Assembly (NCBI GenBank): GCA_036338595.1
Contig: JAYZBV010000015.1
Coordinates: forward strand, 2,739 to 66,738
From: Planctomycetota bacterium
GTDB lineage: Bacteria; Planctomycetota; UBA8108; UBA1146
DNA: 64,000 nucleotides
Direction of reading: 5' to 3'
The notes beneath the pieces were generated by a model that was not told the origin of the DNA, did no database searches, and saw nothing but the letters and a program-made list of their open reading frames with translations. Made by a program: the position numbers and the translations under genes. The first letter of the stretch is position 1, and every line of letters begins with the position of its first letter. Below, one piece after another: positions 49,901 through 60,400 of the stretch.

Positions 49901-50636
49901 ACTTGAAACTGAAGAGGCGAGGCATGCAGATATTTCTGCAGAAGTCGCAGACCTGACTCGATCCAGTGAGCTCATTCGCCAGGCGATCGTTACGCTGGAT
50001 GACCAGTGTCGTACCCGCTTCCTCAAGACATTCGAAGAGGTGCGATCGAACTTCCAGGACATCTTTAGCCTGATGTTTGGTGGTGGAGTCGCCGACCTGG
50101 AACTCGACCCCGATGAAGATGCTCTTGAAGCTGGAATCTCGGTCAAGGCGCGCCCACCCGGCAAGCGGATTTCAAGTCTCGAGTTGCTCTCGGGGGGAGA
50201 GAGAGCGCTGGCTGCCATCTCCGTGATATTTGCCCTTTTCAAGGCACGACCCAGCCCCTTCTGCATCCTCGATGAGGTGGATGCTCCACTGGATGAGCAA
50301 AACACTCACCGATTCGTGAAGGTTCTCCAGGAGTTCGCACTGACCTCCCAGTTCCTCATCATCACCCACAGTCGCACCACCATGACGGAAGCCCAGCGTC
50401 TCTATGGAGTCACGATGGAGGAAGAGGGCGTATCTTGCCGTGCAGTGGTCAAGGTCGCCGATGCCGACCGCTGGGTGGACGAGAAGATCCCCCAGCAGGA
50501 TCGCTCGCTACCGATCGATCATCCGCCTGGGGCTCGGGAACTTTATTCCGACCGCGGTTCTGTCAGTAGCAGAATTGCCGTCGAGGGCGAGGAACGCCAC
50601 CCAGAGGCTCAGGACCATGGAATGCAGCAAGCTTGA
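46905..50636 (+). CDS. smc: Chromosome segregation protein SMC, TTG start
   Basis: GFKSF, Walker A GPNGCGKSN, long coiled coils, hinge, LSGGE, Walker B ILDEVDAPLD, QFLIITH. Confidence 0.97.
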   Translation: MHLKRIYLSGFKSFADPVEFEFDPGISAVVGPNGCGKSNIVDAFRWVLGERSAKGLRGTEMLDVIFTGTRTRAALSRAEVRLLFDNQHRTLPVDATEVEIGRILLRDGTSEYQINGKRCRLKDVLAVFADTGIGADGYSVLGQGKVDSFLNSNSLERRKIFEEAAGISSFRKKRSEAEKRLERGELELTRVTDQLSEIERRIRSLKMQAGRARRYIEDRDRFKMVSSVMSALQIEEYREESERVAFRMQWRNTLREMLSDLSGSLETALDEIKGRLDGSHRALDDTRQKETKKKVALEGIDARRGQLEEQARHASQRNDERARQQQELIRLEEEYRVSREKVRNRLKSTISNLRECRRDLKLQIARYSTIFAEREQLDSKVLASKDSDLRLVFEETRLKNTVAALTGDLRGQDTIRDGRAAENRKFRIQQLEMEEQARLRDDYIIELIELERRCLHDADRVREEVKNRLGVLDKARGNLSKLRSESESSEGRLRFLMELEETLEGLGKGTQRLLNSEQPAARDIRGLLARLIEADPDSAGMVDAVLGRVLETVVLQGRTPIESRIRALEKILDGESVSIVSLENEIEGQTRQLGPPPGVETLASRIECESICRPIVDALLGNVLIASDLNDAIMLHRRSPGFRVVIQDGTVIEPWGAVRIPGSSKAGLVSRRVEMMHLRSAMDEIHSQVAKASEQEETLEDSISARRGEIQRLDQEAGRARNEADHARREKEKARESLRIIKERRVLLDRDMEQALKHYEELSALRDAASSDLEKVASDRLALNRTLEADSRRISPLDQQLGDLDSEQQRMRLVETREQERISSDWREQRLLADEAEQRKQLRLRMTGDIEQEEQRHQGYCQQIEDLGQEEVELRQQLEQISALRHEQDRQLDTCRHEISAVEKRQKECRGQSEKFREGREADLISASECKLRIEGIEDRVRDELEVSLSEAPLEQWRATLLEGIDDDGAVLEHLQGEYQQIQARMRRNANVNLEAVEELETEEARHADISAEVADLTRSSELIRQAIVTLDDQCRTRFLKTFEEVRSNFQDIFSLMFGGGVADLELDPDEDALEAGISVKARPPGKRISSLELLSGGERALAAISVIFALFKARPSPFCILDEVDAPLDEQNTHRFVKVLQEFALTSQFLIITHSRTTMTEAQRLYGVTMEEEGVSCRAVVKVADADRWVDEKIPQQDRSLPIDHPPGARELYSDRGSVSSRIAVEGEERHPEAQDHGMQQA

Positions 50637-50803
50637 CCCCTCTCTCATCTTGCCTCGTTTGACGATTTCCGCATCCGCGGGATAGTCTTCGGAGACAACG
50701 ACCTTTTCCCCCTCTTCGGAGGGTTTGACCTCTCTCCAGCACAAACGGCCTCAGGCCGATACGGGAGTTCCGCAGCCATCGGCTGCCGGATTGGGAGAGT
50801 ACG

Positions 50804-51625
50804 ATGCAATCGACCGATCGCTTTGATCCGATCGTGGGAGATAGCGAGGCCATTCGTGAGCTTCGCACCTTCGTGCTCGAGATGAGCGTCGAAACTGGCT
50901 CGATACTCCTTGCAGGATCTTCAGGTGTTGGCAAGAGGCTTGCGGCACGAAAGATACACGCTGCCGGCAGCTTTCCTGGATCTCGACTGAAGTTCGTTCA
51001 TGGTCCAGAGTTTTCCATCGACGATCTTCACGCTTCTTCCGATGAGATCCCCGCCCTTGTGCAACTTGGCACCGTCTACATCGGATCCGCACAACTGATG
51101 AGCGTTGAACTGGCGAGAGAACTGGTCCACTTGATCCAGGCGGATTCAGCTGAAATCCCGAGGATCATTCTTGGGATCGATCTGGTCAGCGATGATGCCG
51201 CAGTTCACTTCTCGGCGTCCAGTCCCCTCGCTGAACTGGAATTATGCGGGAGCTTCTCGATTCCAGACCTGAGAGATCGGACCGAGGACATCTCGGCCAT
51301 CTCCCGCTACCAGATATGGGCAACCTCCCGGCCGGAGGACTTCGAGGATCGGTGGAAGCAATTCACACTCACGATGCTCGGTGAGGTGCTGTCGAAACCG
51401 TGGCATGGAAATGTCCCGGAACTACTTGAGGCTGTCGCGGCGTTCTGTTCGAGAGAATCGAAGAGATCGGGGACAGCGTTGCTGGGAAATCTCACCGAAT
51501 CCGTATCTGCACACTGGTTGCAGGAACAGATCGAGCGGATGCATGAAAACTTGTTGGAGCGATGGGGGTTTGAAGATTCGCTTCAGAGTGGGGATGCATG
51601 GGATGCTTCGAGGTCACTCCGATGA
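50804..51625 (+). CDS. Degenerate sigma54-activator-like AAA+ protein
   Basis: IVGDSEAI, ILLAGSSGVGKRLAARKIH, IPDLRDRTEDI, PWHGNVPEL; no GAFTGA loop, no Walker B DE, no HTH. Confidence 0.72.
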   Translation: MQSTDRFDPIVGDSEAIRELRTFVLEMSVETGSILLAGSSGVGKRLAARKIHAAGSFPGSRLKFVHGPEFSIDDLHASSDEIPALVQLGTVYIGSAQLMSVELARELVHLIQADSAEIPRIILGIDLVSDDAAVHFSASSPLAELELCGSFSIPDLRDRTEDISAISRYQIWATSRPEDFEDRWKQFTLTMLGEVLSKPWHGNVPELLEAVAAFCSRESKRSGTALLGNLTESVSAHWLQEQIERMHENLLERWGFEDSLQSGDAWDASRSLR

Positions 51626-52593
51626 GCAAATCAGATCTCCGCATCCTGGTAGCAGACGACGACGCCGGCGCGAGGGAACTGATTGCAGCCATCCTCGATG
51701 CAGAAGGATGGCCATCTCCGACCACTGTCGAGGACGGTGAGGCGGCTCTCCAGCAGATAGGACAAGAGCACTGGGACATCCTGGTGACAGATCTCGACAT
51801 GCCCCGCATGCGAGGTGACGAACTGGTCGTGCATGCACTCGAGGAAGATCCCGATCTGAGCATCGTCGTGACGACAGGTGACGGGACCGTGGGAAATGCC
51901 GTGGACCTGATCAAGAAGGGTGCCACTGATTTCATTCCCAAACCATACGACGTCGATGACTTTCTGGCTTCGATGGAACGAGCCAAGACTCGTGCGCTCG
52001 GAATTCACGAGGTGAAAGGGATGAGGCAGACGGTGGAAGCCCTGCTGGTCGCCCTGGAAAGCAAGGATCGTTATCTCAATGGGCACTCTGCAAGAGTGAG
52101 AGACATGGCGGTCAAACTCGGAGAGATCTCGGGCCTCGATCGTGGCCAGTTGCGCTCGCTGTCTCACGCTGCACTGCTTCATGACATCGGGAAGATCGGT
52201 GTTCACGAGGATATCCTCAACAAGGCAGGGGTGCTGACAGACAACGAGTATGAGATCATCAAGAAACACCCTCAGATGTCTGCTGACATCATTGCGCCGG
52301 TTCCATTTTTGAACCCGAGCCTCAAGGGTGTTCTTCATCATCATGAAAATTGGGATGGGACTGGCTATCCGGAAGGTCTGTCGGGGGAGCAGATACCTCT
52401 GATGGCACGGATCATCGCAGTGGTCGATGCTTTCGATGCCATGACGAGTGATCGCTCCTATCGAGGCGCTCTCTCGGAAGTGGAAGCTATCGATCGCATC
52501 CGTGCTGGCAGCGGCAGCCAATTTGATCCCCGTATTGCGCAACTTTTTCAACAACACAAGGACAAGATCCTCGAGGGAGAGGAAGTGATCTGA
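51622..52593 (+). CDS. Response regulator with REC and HD-GYP domains (RpfG-like c-di-GMP phosphodiesterase)
   Basis: ILVADDD, TDLDMP, FIPKP; GHSARV, LHDIGK, HHHENWDGTGYP, DAFDAMTSDRSYR. Confidence 0.94.
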   Translation: MSKSDLRILVADDDAGARELIAAILDAEGWPSPTTVEDGEAALQQIGQEHWDILVTDLDMPRMRGDELVVHALEEDPDLSIVVTTGDGTVGNAVDLIKKGATDFIPKPYDVDDFLASMERAKTRALGIHEVKGMRQTVEALLVALESKDRYLNGHSARVRDMAVKLGEISGLDRGQLRSLSHAALLHDIGKIGVHEDILNKAGVLTDNEYEIIKKHPQMSADIIAPVPFLNPSLKGVLHHHENWDGTGYPEGLSGEQIPLMARIIAVVDAFDAMTSDRSYRGALSEVEAIDRIRAGSGSQFDPRIAQLFQQHKDKILEGEEVI

Positions 52594-53651
52594 TGAGTAC
52601 TCCATTGGCAGAATCGGGCATGTCCCACAAGAAGTCAGTTTTGCACCTGCCGGTCTTCAATGAGTCCGGAGGCAAGGATATCTACGTTGCCGGTAACGAT
52701 CCGAGAACACTACGGGTGCTACGGACACTATCGGCGGTAGCTCCCACCGATTCGACGATCCTGGTGGGTGGTGAAAGTGGCACGGGAAAGGATCTCATCG
52801 CGCGTCTGGTACACCAGACCAGTCCTCGCCGAGATGGTCCGTGGGTTGCCGTCGATTGCAGCTCGATTCCTGGATCATTGATCGAGAGCGAACTGTTTGG
52901 AGCGCTGAAGGGGTCCTACACCGGGATCGATCGAGACAAGAAGGGCCTGATCGAGCATGCTTCGGGAGGCACGCTGTTCCTCGATGAGATTGGCGAACTA
53001 CCGATTGAATCGCAGGCGAAGTTGCTGAGAGTCCTCCAGACGGGGCGAATCCGCGCCGTAGGATCGACCGATGACCGGGCGGTAGATGTACGCATCATCG
53101 CTGCCACGAATCGAGATCTGCGTGAAGAAGTATCTGCCGGAAGATTCCGTCTCGATCTCTTTTACCGGGTTCATGTGGTTCATGTCGAACTGGCTCCTCT
53201 CAGAGATCGCCACTCGGAATTGCCTCACATAGTGGAATCGATCCTGGATCGACTCCGCGCACGCGATATCAGCGTTCCATCGCTGACCTCGAGTGCTGTC
53301 GATGTTCTCACTCAGCACAACTGGCCCGGTAACATTCGCGAACTCGAGAATGTGCTGGAGAGGGCGGTCCTTCTCAGTGGTGGTGAAGAGGTAAACGGGG
53401 AGATGATTCGTGAGCAAATTGCCACGACTCCGATGGACCTCCCTGTTGAGACTCGCAGTGGCAGCACGAACTCGGCAGGATATTCCGTGGAGATGTCGCT
53501 GAAGGAAGTGGAAGACGCCCACATCGCCAAGGTGCTCTCTCACCATGGAGGCAACAAGACACGTGCGGCCAGGGATCTAGGTGTGAATGTGAAGACCATC
53601 TACAACCGCACTGTAGCCAACAAGAAGGTCGACGGGTCCAGCGACCAGTGA
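52593..53651 (+). CDS. Sigma54-dependent transcriptional activator (AAA+ plus Fis HTH, no sensory domain)
   Basis: [62 protein letters not shown]. Confidence 0.93.
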   Translation: MSTPLAESGMSHKKSVLHLPVFNESGGKDIYVAGNDPRTLRVLRTLSAVAPTDSTILVGGESGTGKDLIARLVHQTSPRRDGPWVAVDCSSIPGSLIESELFGALKGSYTGIDRDKKGLIEHASGGTLFLDEIGELPIESQAKLLRVLQTGRIRAVGSTDDRAVDVRIIAATNRDLREEVSAGRFRLDLFYRVHVVHVELAPLRDRHSELPHIVESILDRLRARDISVPSLTSSAVDVLTQHNWPGNIRELENVLERAVLLSGGEEVNGEMIREQIATTPMDLPVETRSGSTNSAGYSVEMSLKEVEDAHIAKVLSHHGGNKTRAARDLGVNVKTIYNRTVANKKVDGSSDQ

Positions 53652-53674
53652 ACGAGGCAAACCTAACTTGATGA

Positions 53675-54253
53675 TCAAAGTCCAGGGGGGTCGATGGTGA
53701 GTGCAATCGGGGCCCCCCTGCGCTCGATCAGGACCACGACTGGATTTCCCGCCCTCAGTTTTTCCAGGCTGTCGCCGTGTGCGTCGAGGCAGTCTCCGAG
53801 CGAGCCGAAATCAAGCGGGACACCATTCACCGAGCGCAGAACGTCATTTTCTCTCAGGCCCACCTTCGCCAGAAAACTCTCCGGAAGGATGCCGAATATC
53901 TTGAGCGAACCGTCTTCCTGAACCTCACTGGAGGCGTTCATCAGCTCTCTGCGGCATTCGTTCAGGTTTCCCATCCGCTCGAGCAGTGGCTTGTTGATGC
54001 GATAGATTTCTGATTGGGGTCGTCGAGTCGATCCCCCTGTAGAGGCATCGGATCCGCCCGAGACCAGCATCTGATCCAGTTCCGTACGCTGTTCGATGGT
54101 GAGTTGCGACCGCCACTGCTGCTCTGGAATCTTCTCGGATTGCATGGCGCTGGCCGGGTAGGTGCTCGGCAGACCGATCAAGCCCCCCCAGCCCAGTGCT
54201 CCCAGGGTCATCAGGATGAACAAACCCCAGAGTATTTTTTCGATGGGATTCAT
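53675..54253 (-). CDS. Membrane-anchored PDZ-domain protein (resembles the GspC C-terminus)
   Basis: N-terminal TM segment; LKIFGILPESFLAKVGLRENDVLRSVNG, VLIERRG. Confidence 0.7.
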   Translation of the reverse strand: MNPIEKILWGLFILMTLGALGWGGLIGLPSTYPASAMQSEKIPEQQWRSQLTIEQRTELDQMLVSGGSDASTGGSTRRPQSEIYRINKPLLERMGNLNECRRELMNASSEVQEDGSLKIFGILPESFLAKVGLRENDVLRSVNGVPLDFGSLGDCLDAHGDSLEKLRAGNPVVVLIERRGAPIALTIDPPGL

Positions 54254-54397
54254 CCCATCTCCCTCCAGATCGATGGCTCGACCGCAGTTCAACTTTCAGG
54301 CATGACCATCGCCCCTGAGTTTCTGGTCACTGAGTTTCGGGTCCCTGGGGCGCACCTGGTGTTTCTATCATACCGGATCGAATCGATTTCTTCATCG

Positions 54398-55132
54398 TCA
54401 CTGCAGATGTGAGATGGAATTGGACGGCAGTCGTTGCGGCTCTGGTGGAAAGATGGGGGCTCCTTGCGGCAGCAATGTCCTGGGTGCGCCGATGGGGCAG
54501 ATCCACACCTCACCTGCGCGGGCTGGTCCTTCGCCCAGCAGCAACCCCATGTGGGGTATACAGAGGGCGACCGTCGAACTTGCCGTGACTACCGCCCCGG
54601 GAGACTCACCCGAGTCTGCCACCAGCCCGGAAGGCAGGTCCACCGACAGCACCATCGCCTCTTGTTGCTCGATCCAGTCGATGCAGTCCGATAGTGGCTC
54701 GCGAGGCGCGCGGTTGGTTCCGCTGCCGAGTACGGCATCGATGATGAGGTCGATGGAGGCCGCTCCTGTACCCCCGGGTGGATGGTTGTCCATCTGGATA
54801 CCGAGCCGGATACAGATTTCCCGATTCGTTTGACGGTCCGGGTGTGCCGAAGTGGGGGTGAGGTCGATCAGCTGGATCGAGTGACCGAGTGACGCCAGGT
54901 GGCGGGCGGCAGCAAATCCATCGCCTCCATTGCCGCCGGGCCCACAGCAGATGGTGATCCGACCCTTTCCACTGGCGACCTCTGATTCTGCAAGCATTCG
55001 CACGGCTCGGCGTGCGATTCCGATCGATGCGTGTTCCATCAGGATCAGACCTGGAATCCCGAAGCCTTCCGTAGCCCTCTGATCGATCTCCTCGATCGCT
55101 TTCCTGGTGCAGTGTTCTCGATGGAACATCAT
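54398..55132 (-). CDS. nnrE: NAD(P)H-hydrate epimerase (stand-alone YjeF N-terminal domain)
   Basis: GIPGLILMEHA, CGPGGNGGDG, IIDAVLGSG, SVDLPSG. Confidence 0.9.
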   Translation of the reverse strand: MMFHREHCTRKAIEEIDQRATEGFGIPGLILMEHASIGIARRAVRMLAESEVASGKGRITICCGPGGNGGDGFAAARHLASLGHSIQLIDLTPTSAHPDRQTNREICIRLGIQMDNHPPGGTGAASIDLIIDAVLGSGTNRAPREPLSDCIDWIEQQEAMVLSVDLPSGLVADSGESPGAVVTASSTVALCIPHMGLLLGEGPARAGEVWICPIGAPRTLLPQGAPIFPPEPQRLPSNSISHLQ

Positions 55133-55138
55133 ATCCCT

Positions 55139-56899
55139 TCAGCGATCTCGCGGCGTGCGTGAGATGCCTAATCGCATGTGCATCGGGGTGTATCGAAAAT
55201 AGGTTTCAAAGGTGAGCACTCCGAGTGCTGTCTGTGCGACACGGCCACCGGCAGCCCCGATCCAGTTTGGATCTGGATCCCAGGAGCCCGATGCATCCCC
55301 GGAAGTGATTTGCAAGGGCAGGACCTTCTCCTGAAGCTGACGATTCCATCGACTCCAGGGTTCCCCTCCGATGTGAAACAGGGCGAGCGTACCCGTGTAC
55401 CAGTAGTACATCGATTGGGGGTGTTGATCCCAATCTCGACGGTCTTCCGGTCGTGGCCCGTGTTCTGCGATACGGCGTGCGCAGATGAGATTGCGCTCTG
55501 CGACCGGGGAGTGCCCGAGTGCCAGCAGCGTGATCAACCCGACCGCATCGATGCCGAACCCTCCTCGCCCGCGTCCTCTACCTCGGTCGGAGTAGGTGGA
55601 ATGTCCACCATCACCGATGGCCCGGTCCAGGTATCTCCCGATGGCAGTCAAGGTCTGTTGCTGAGGGAAGATTCCTGCCTCGATTCCGGCATGAATCGCG
55701 AGCACCTGCCAGCCGGTGATGGAGAGATCGTTACGGAGCGAAAGGGATGGGGTGTAGTCCCAGCCTCCCCCGGCTTGCTGGCTCGATTCCAGGAACAGGA
55801 TCGCCTTGCGAGCCGCTTCTTCGATCTTCGGATCTGCAGTCAATTGCGCAGTTTCGCACAGTGCAAAGGCGGCGATGCCGTGATCGTACATGTTACGGGA
55901 TCCGGTTTCCAAATCGGTGCGGATGCAGCCCTGCGAATCCTGGTGTTCGAGAAGCCACTGCAGAGATCTTGTCGTCGCCGAGTCGAGTGGGTCGTCTGAA
56001 GAGTCGGGAAGATGTCCGTCGCCGAGCAAGGCCAGCAATGCCAAAGCAGTGATCCCTGCACGATGTTCAGGATAGCCCGGGCCCTGGCAGGTCTGCTCGA
56101 CGCCGAGGCAGCGAGCATCGAAATGATCTGGCGACCAGCTTCCATCCGGATCTTGATGGCGGGCGAGCCAATCGAGTCCTGCCCTGACTGCGCTCTCGGT
56201 TGCGGGATTGCCGCCATGGTTTGCGAGAGCTTCGCTTCGCAGTTGCCCTTTTCTACGGCTTCCCTCTGAACCCTGAGCGGCTCCAATCCCGGTCACCTCG
56301 ACCTCGACTTCCACTCCTGGAGCCAGGGTCGACTCTGCTTCGTCCTGTGAAACTGGCTCCGGGTCCGGTTGCGGTTGAGATTCTGGTTCAGGGTCGACCA
56401 CCTGCGGCGGGTCTGGTTCCTCGACCGCCTTGATCTTCCTGGGTTCGAGCCGAATCACGACGTTCCATGATCGGGGATCCGGTTCAGGTTCGGGAATCAG
56501 CAGCGGAATCAGTATCAATAGCAGGGTGCCGTGCAGGACCATCGAAGCGACCACCGACGAGAAGGGGTCGGATGGGGTGGGAGCGATTTCCCTCGGCAAG
56601 GGTCCAGCCCTGTCGGTGGGGATGGAGGGTCGATTTGGCGTCGGCGGACGAGGGGTACGCGGTTCGAGGGCAGCGCCCCTCTTTCGACGCGCGATCGATC
56701 TGCGCTGGCTGCTGGTTTTCCGTCGACTCGGGCCTTCAGCGGGTGGGTGTTCGGTCGAGGGCAGGTCGCTGCGGGAACCCTTGCGAGGTACAGAACGAGC
56801 GGAAGGTGCGGAAATACGCCGTTTTCCGAAGATGGACCGGAGCCGCAGTCGGAGCCACTGCAGTTCCTTTTGAAAGATCTGGCGCAGGAATCGAGCCAC
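55139..56899 (-). CDS. Membrane protein with prenyltransferase/squalene-oxidase-type alpha/alpha barrel repeats
   Basis: SMVLHG TM segment; GLDWLARHQDPDGSW, TALALLALLG, MYDHGIA, GGWDY, DLSITGWQ, YYWY, GGRVAQT; GTG 56899 has AAGGAG upstream. Confidence 0.82.
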   Translation of the reverse strand: MARFLRQIFQKELQWLRLRLRSIFGKRRISAPSARSVPRKGSRSDLPSTEHPPAEGPSRRKTSSQRRSIARRKRGAALEPRTPRPPTPNRPSIPTDRAGPLPREIAPTPSDPFSSVVASMVLHGTLLLILIPLLIPEPEPDPRSWNVVIRLEPRKIKAVEEPDPPQVVDPEPESQPQPDPEPVSQDEAESTLAPGVEVEVEVTGIGAAQGSEGSRRKGQLRSEALANHGGNPATESAVRAGLDWLARHQDPDGSWSPDHFDARCLGVEQTCQGPGYPEHRAGITALALLALLGDGHLPDSSDDPLDSATTRSLQWLLEHQDSQGCIRTDLETGSRNMYDHGIAAFALCETAQLTADPKIEEAARKAILFLESSQQAGGGWDYTPSLSLRNDLSITGWQVLAIHAGIEAGIFPQQQTLTAIGRYLDRAIGDGGHSTYSDRGRGRGRGGFGIDAVGLITLLALGHSPVAERNLICARRIAEHGPRPEDRRDWDQHPQSMYYWYTGTLALFHIGGEPWSRWNRQLQEKVLPLQITSGDASGSWDPDPNWIGAAGGRVAQTALGVLTFETYFRYTPMHMRLGISRTPRDR

Positions 56900-57265
56900 A
56901 GAGGGCTCCTTTCGCTCTCCTGGGGGCCTGCAGGACGGCGTCTCTGTCCCCATCCTGGAGGCGAGAAGAGTGGGATGCCACCCTCGCGAATATTGACTCT
57001 TCTCGGCGGGGGGAATACGATGTCTCGCTGTCCCCTCACGGGGATCTTCGGCGGGAACGATGGCTCCTCCGGTCGCCAGGTTTCCACGGTGATTTGCACT
57101 CTTTCCGGGTGATCCGGAGGGGATAGATCGCCAGCCGGGGAGTGTCACTTGTGGCACAGTGAGGGGGTGAAGCGTCAACTTCCCTTGACGGTAATTGGTT
57201 CCATGTGATCTCTCAGAGCACAGTGGAAGCCCGTTTCCTCACCTGCAGAGGTGTTGCTATTGTTA

Positions 57266-57281
57266 TGGCCGGTGATTTGCG
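57266..57281 (+). promoter_or_regulatory. Candidate sigma54 -24/-12 promoter
   Basis: TGGCCG-GTGAT-TTGCG with exact GG-N10-GC spacing, upstream of the glycine-rich lipoprotein gene. Confidence 0.45.
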
Positions 57282-57446
57282 TGTCTTTTTTAGGAAATGG
57301 AACGAGTTGAAACCGGCACCCCGCCCGAGGTGGGAATGTCCCGTTTGTCATGGGATCCGAAGAGTTTCGCTCGTCTTGAAATGAAGCAGCCATACCCCGG
57401 CTCCGGAGTGCCCACCCGGAGGTGCATGGGGGAAAGGAGAGCCAGC

Positions 57447-60400
57447 GTGCTCCACTCGGAGATGTCGATGCGTTCGACCAGCCTCTTGCTCCTGTTCACC
57501 CTCGTGTTTGCGGTCGCCGCCGGAGGCTGCAACTCGGGTCACCGTTTTGGTGGCCAGTTCGGGGATCCGCCGGTCACGGAGCCACCTCCGCCACCCCCGG
57601 AACCCGATTGCATTTCGCCTGTGCTGAATAATGTTGCCCCGGTTCCCGTTCAAGGGGCTGCAGGATCGACATTGACTCTCGATGGGGTCAACTTCAGTCC
57701 AGTACTCGAAGAGAACCGGGTGCTGTTCCGGAGCTTCAGCAATCAGACGATCCTCGAGGGCTATATCAGCAACATCAATGTCGACACCACACCACCCACC
57801 GGATCCTGCGGAAACCCCTCGTTTCTGTCCGTGGTGGTACCGAGCGGGGTTCGCAGTGGAACCGTTGAATTGTTCGTATCCGGGGTTTTTGCCGGTGCAG
57901 ATGTGTTCACCGCAGCTCCCGAGATTGTCGGATTTGCCGTGGGCGAAGATGGGGACAGTGTGCTGGTCAGTGACGGAGCAGTTTTCTTGCCAACGGACGT
58001 GATCGTCGTGTATGGCTACAACCTGAGTACCGTGACCAGTGCCAACATCGATGATGGCAGTACGGTTACGCCTTCACCGAGTGTCCAGAGTGGCACAGGA
58101 AATGTGAATTATGACCTGCCCGGTGACATGGAGGCAGTTCGAGTCGAGTTGACTCCGTTTGCTCTCTCGGGAGACACCTCACCGCTCGGGATCACATTGA
58201 CTGCGGCAACAGCGGCACTGCCGCTGGTGAGTTCCGAGATCCAGCTTCCTGCGGCGACCCCTCAGGGCCCCGGAGAGTGGTCTGCGATTCCTCCTTACAC
58301 GGTAGCGGGGCTGATGCCGGGAGGTATTCGTGCGGGAAACATCCCACTCCAGTTCGTGATCGTCGGTGATCCGGTTCGCGGCCGCTTTGATGCGATTCCC
58401 GAGTTTGAGAATCCGATCGGGTCCGACAACTGGGATCCTTGCACCGCTGTCGAGGAGACATTCGATGGGCAAGGGATGGTGCCCACGGGGTTTGGGTTTG
58501 TCGGAGCAGCCCCCTTCGCAGTGGCTCCTGGTCAGAAGATGACCTACCAGTGGGATAGTGCTGCAGATCTTCCCGATGGCATGACCATCACGAAGGTTCG
58601 ACTGCAACTGGGAGATCCGGTGCCTGCGACTGCGGCCACCAGTGCGACGGGAATCTGGACCTCCGGGCCGATGGTCATCAACAATACCCTTGGCGGAAGT
58701 GCAGCGGGTTCCGTTGCCGAGAATTTTGAATCCCTCACCAATTACGATCCTACCGCAGGGGGTGCTGTCTGGGGCGGTGGGCTGCTCGAGTTCAATGCCG
58801 TGGCGCCCGAGGTGAGTGGCGCGCTTTCGGTGGGTTCTTGCTCGGATCCTTTCTTTTGCGATGTGATCCTCCAGGCCGATCGAACCTACGACATGAATTC
58901 CCTCAATGGCTCGATCTACGATGTGACCGATGATCCACCCATCGAGATCCTTTCAGCGGGTCCGGTCCCGGGTGAGTTTCAGATGAGGACCTTTGCCATG
59001 GAGGCCGGGGCGATCGTGCAACTTTCGGGACCTGACGATCTTCCGGTCATCCTGCGCTGCTCCGGAACGGGCAATCCGGATGATATTGTGTGCCTGCTGG
59101 CGGGTACTCTCGATCTATCCGGATCGGATGGATCCGAGGGAGTTTCTGCCATTGGCGGGGATGGCGGTGCCGCCGGACCTGGCGGAGGCGCCGGAGGAAC
59201 CGGCGCCACGATGGAAGTCGATGCTGCCACCCAGACCATCAATTCCGTCACGCCGTCGACAGCGGGTGAGTTCGGTGGCGGTGGCGGTGGTTCACTGGAT
59301 CTGGTCATCCCTGCTGCGATCTACACGACCCGTGCTGGCAATGCCGGTGGCGGTGGCGGTGGCGTCAGAGGTGGCGACGGGATCAACACCTTCTCCTTCA
59401 ACCTCTCGAACCGGGCCGAGAACGGCTCGGGCGGCTTCCCGACCATGGATTCGCTCGGGATCCAGCTCAACGGCGGTGGCGGCGGTGGAGGTGGCGGTGC
59501 CGGTACGCGGCGCCCGACCACGACCGCCTCTCCTGTCGTCAACAACGGTGGTGGTGGCGGTGGTGGCGGTGGTGCCCTCGGCATCGTCGTCGATGGATCG
59601 GTTCGTATCACCGGAACGATCCTGCTCAATGGTGGAAATGGCCAGCGCGGTGTTCAGGGGACCACGGCAGGTGCCGGAGGTGGCGGCGGCGGTGGAAGCA
59701 TCGTTGTCAGAGCCAGCGGCGACCTGGAAGTGGGAGCCACGGCTTCCGTCATTGCGATGGGTGGTTTCGGTGGAATCCAGCTCGAATCTCCCAATGGATC
59801 GCAGATCCAGAAGGGTGGCACCGGTGGCGACGGATTGGTCCGCTTTGAAGCCAATGGCTCGATGGTGTTTCCTGGCACCCTGGATGAATCTGCACTACTG
59901 CCTCCGGTCGGAGTCGGTATGGGAACATCGTACGGCATCTCATCCGGAACCATCGAAGTTGGAACCGGAGTCATTGCGATGCTGCTGACCGCAGCGGACA
60001 GTCCGTATCTTGCGGACACGGACGCTGGAATCATCACAAACGGCAGCGGAAGCCTGATCTACGACAATGGTGTGGATGGTGTGTTCGAGTTCGGATCGAT
60101 CCAGATCGACGAACTGGCGCTGTTGATTGGTGTGGGAAGCAACTCAATGTTTCTTCGCTCCTCGGGTGGTGTCGAGATTTCAGGAGTCATCGATGTCAGT
60201 GGCATCTCGGGTGGAATTCCTGATCTTTCCGATCCAGCCAACCCCGTGCCAGGCGCCGGAGGTGGCGCAGGTGCCGGAGGAGGTGCCGGAGGAGCTGCGG
60301 GTCTGGCTCAGTTGGGCGCTCTCACCGATGGCGAGGACGGCGGTATCCCCGCCGGTGTTCCTCCCGAGTTGATCTACACGGGAGTACCACCCGGTGGTGA

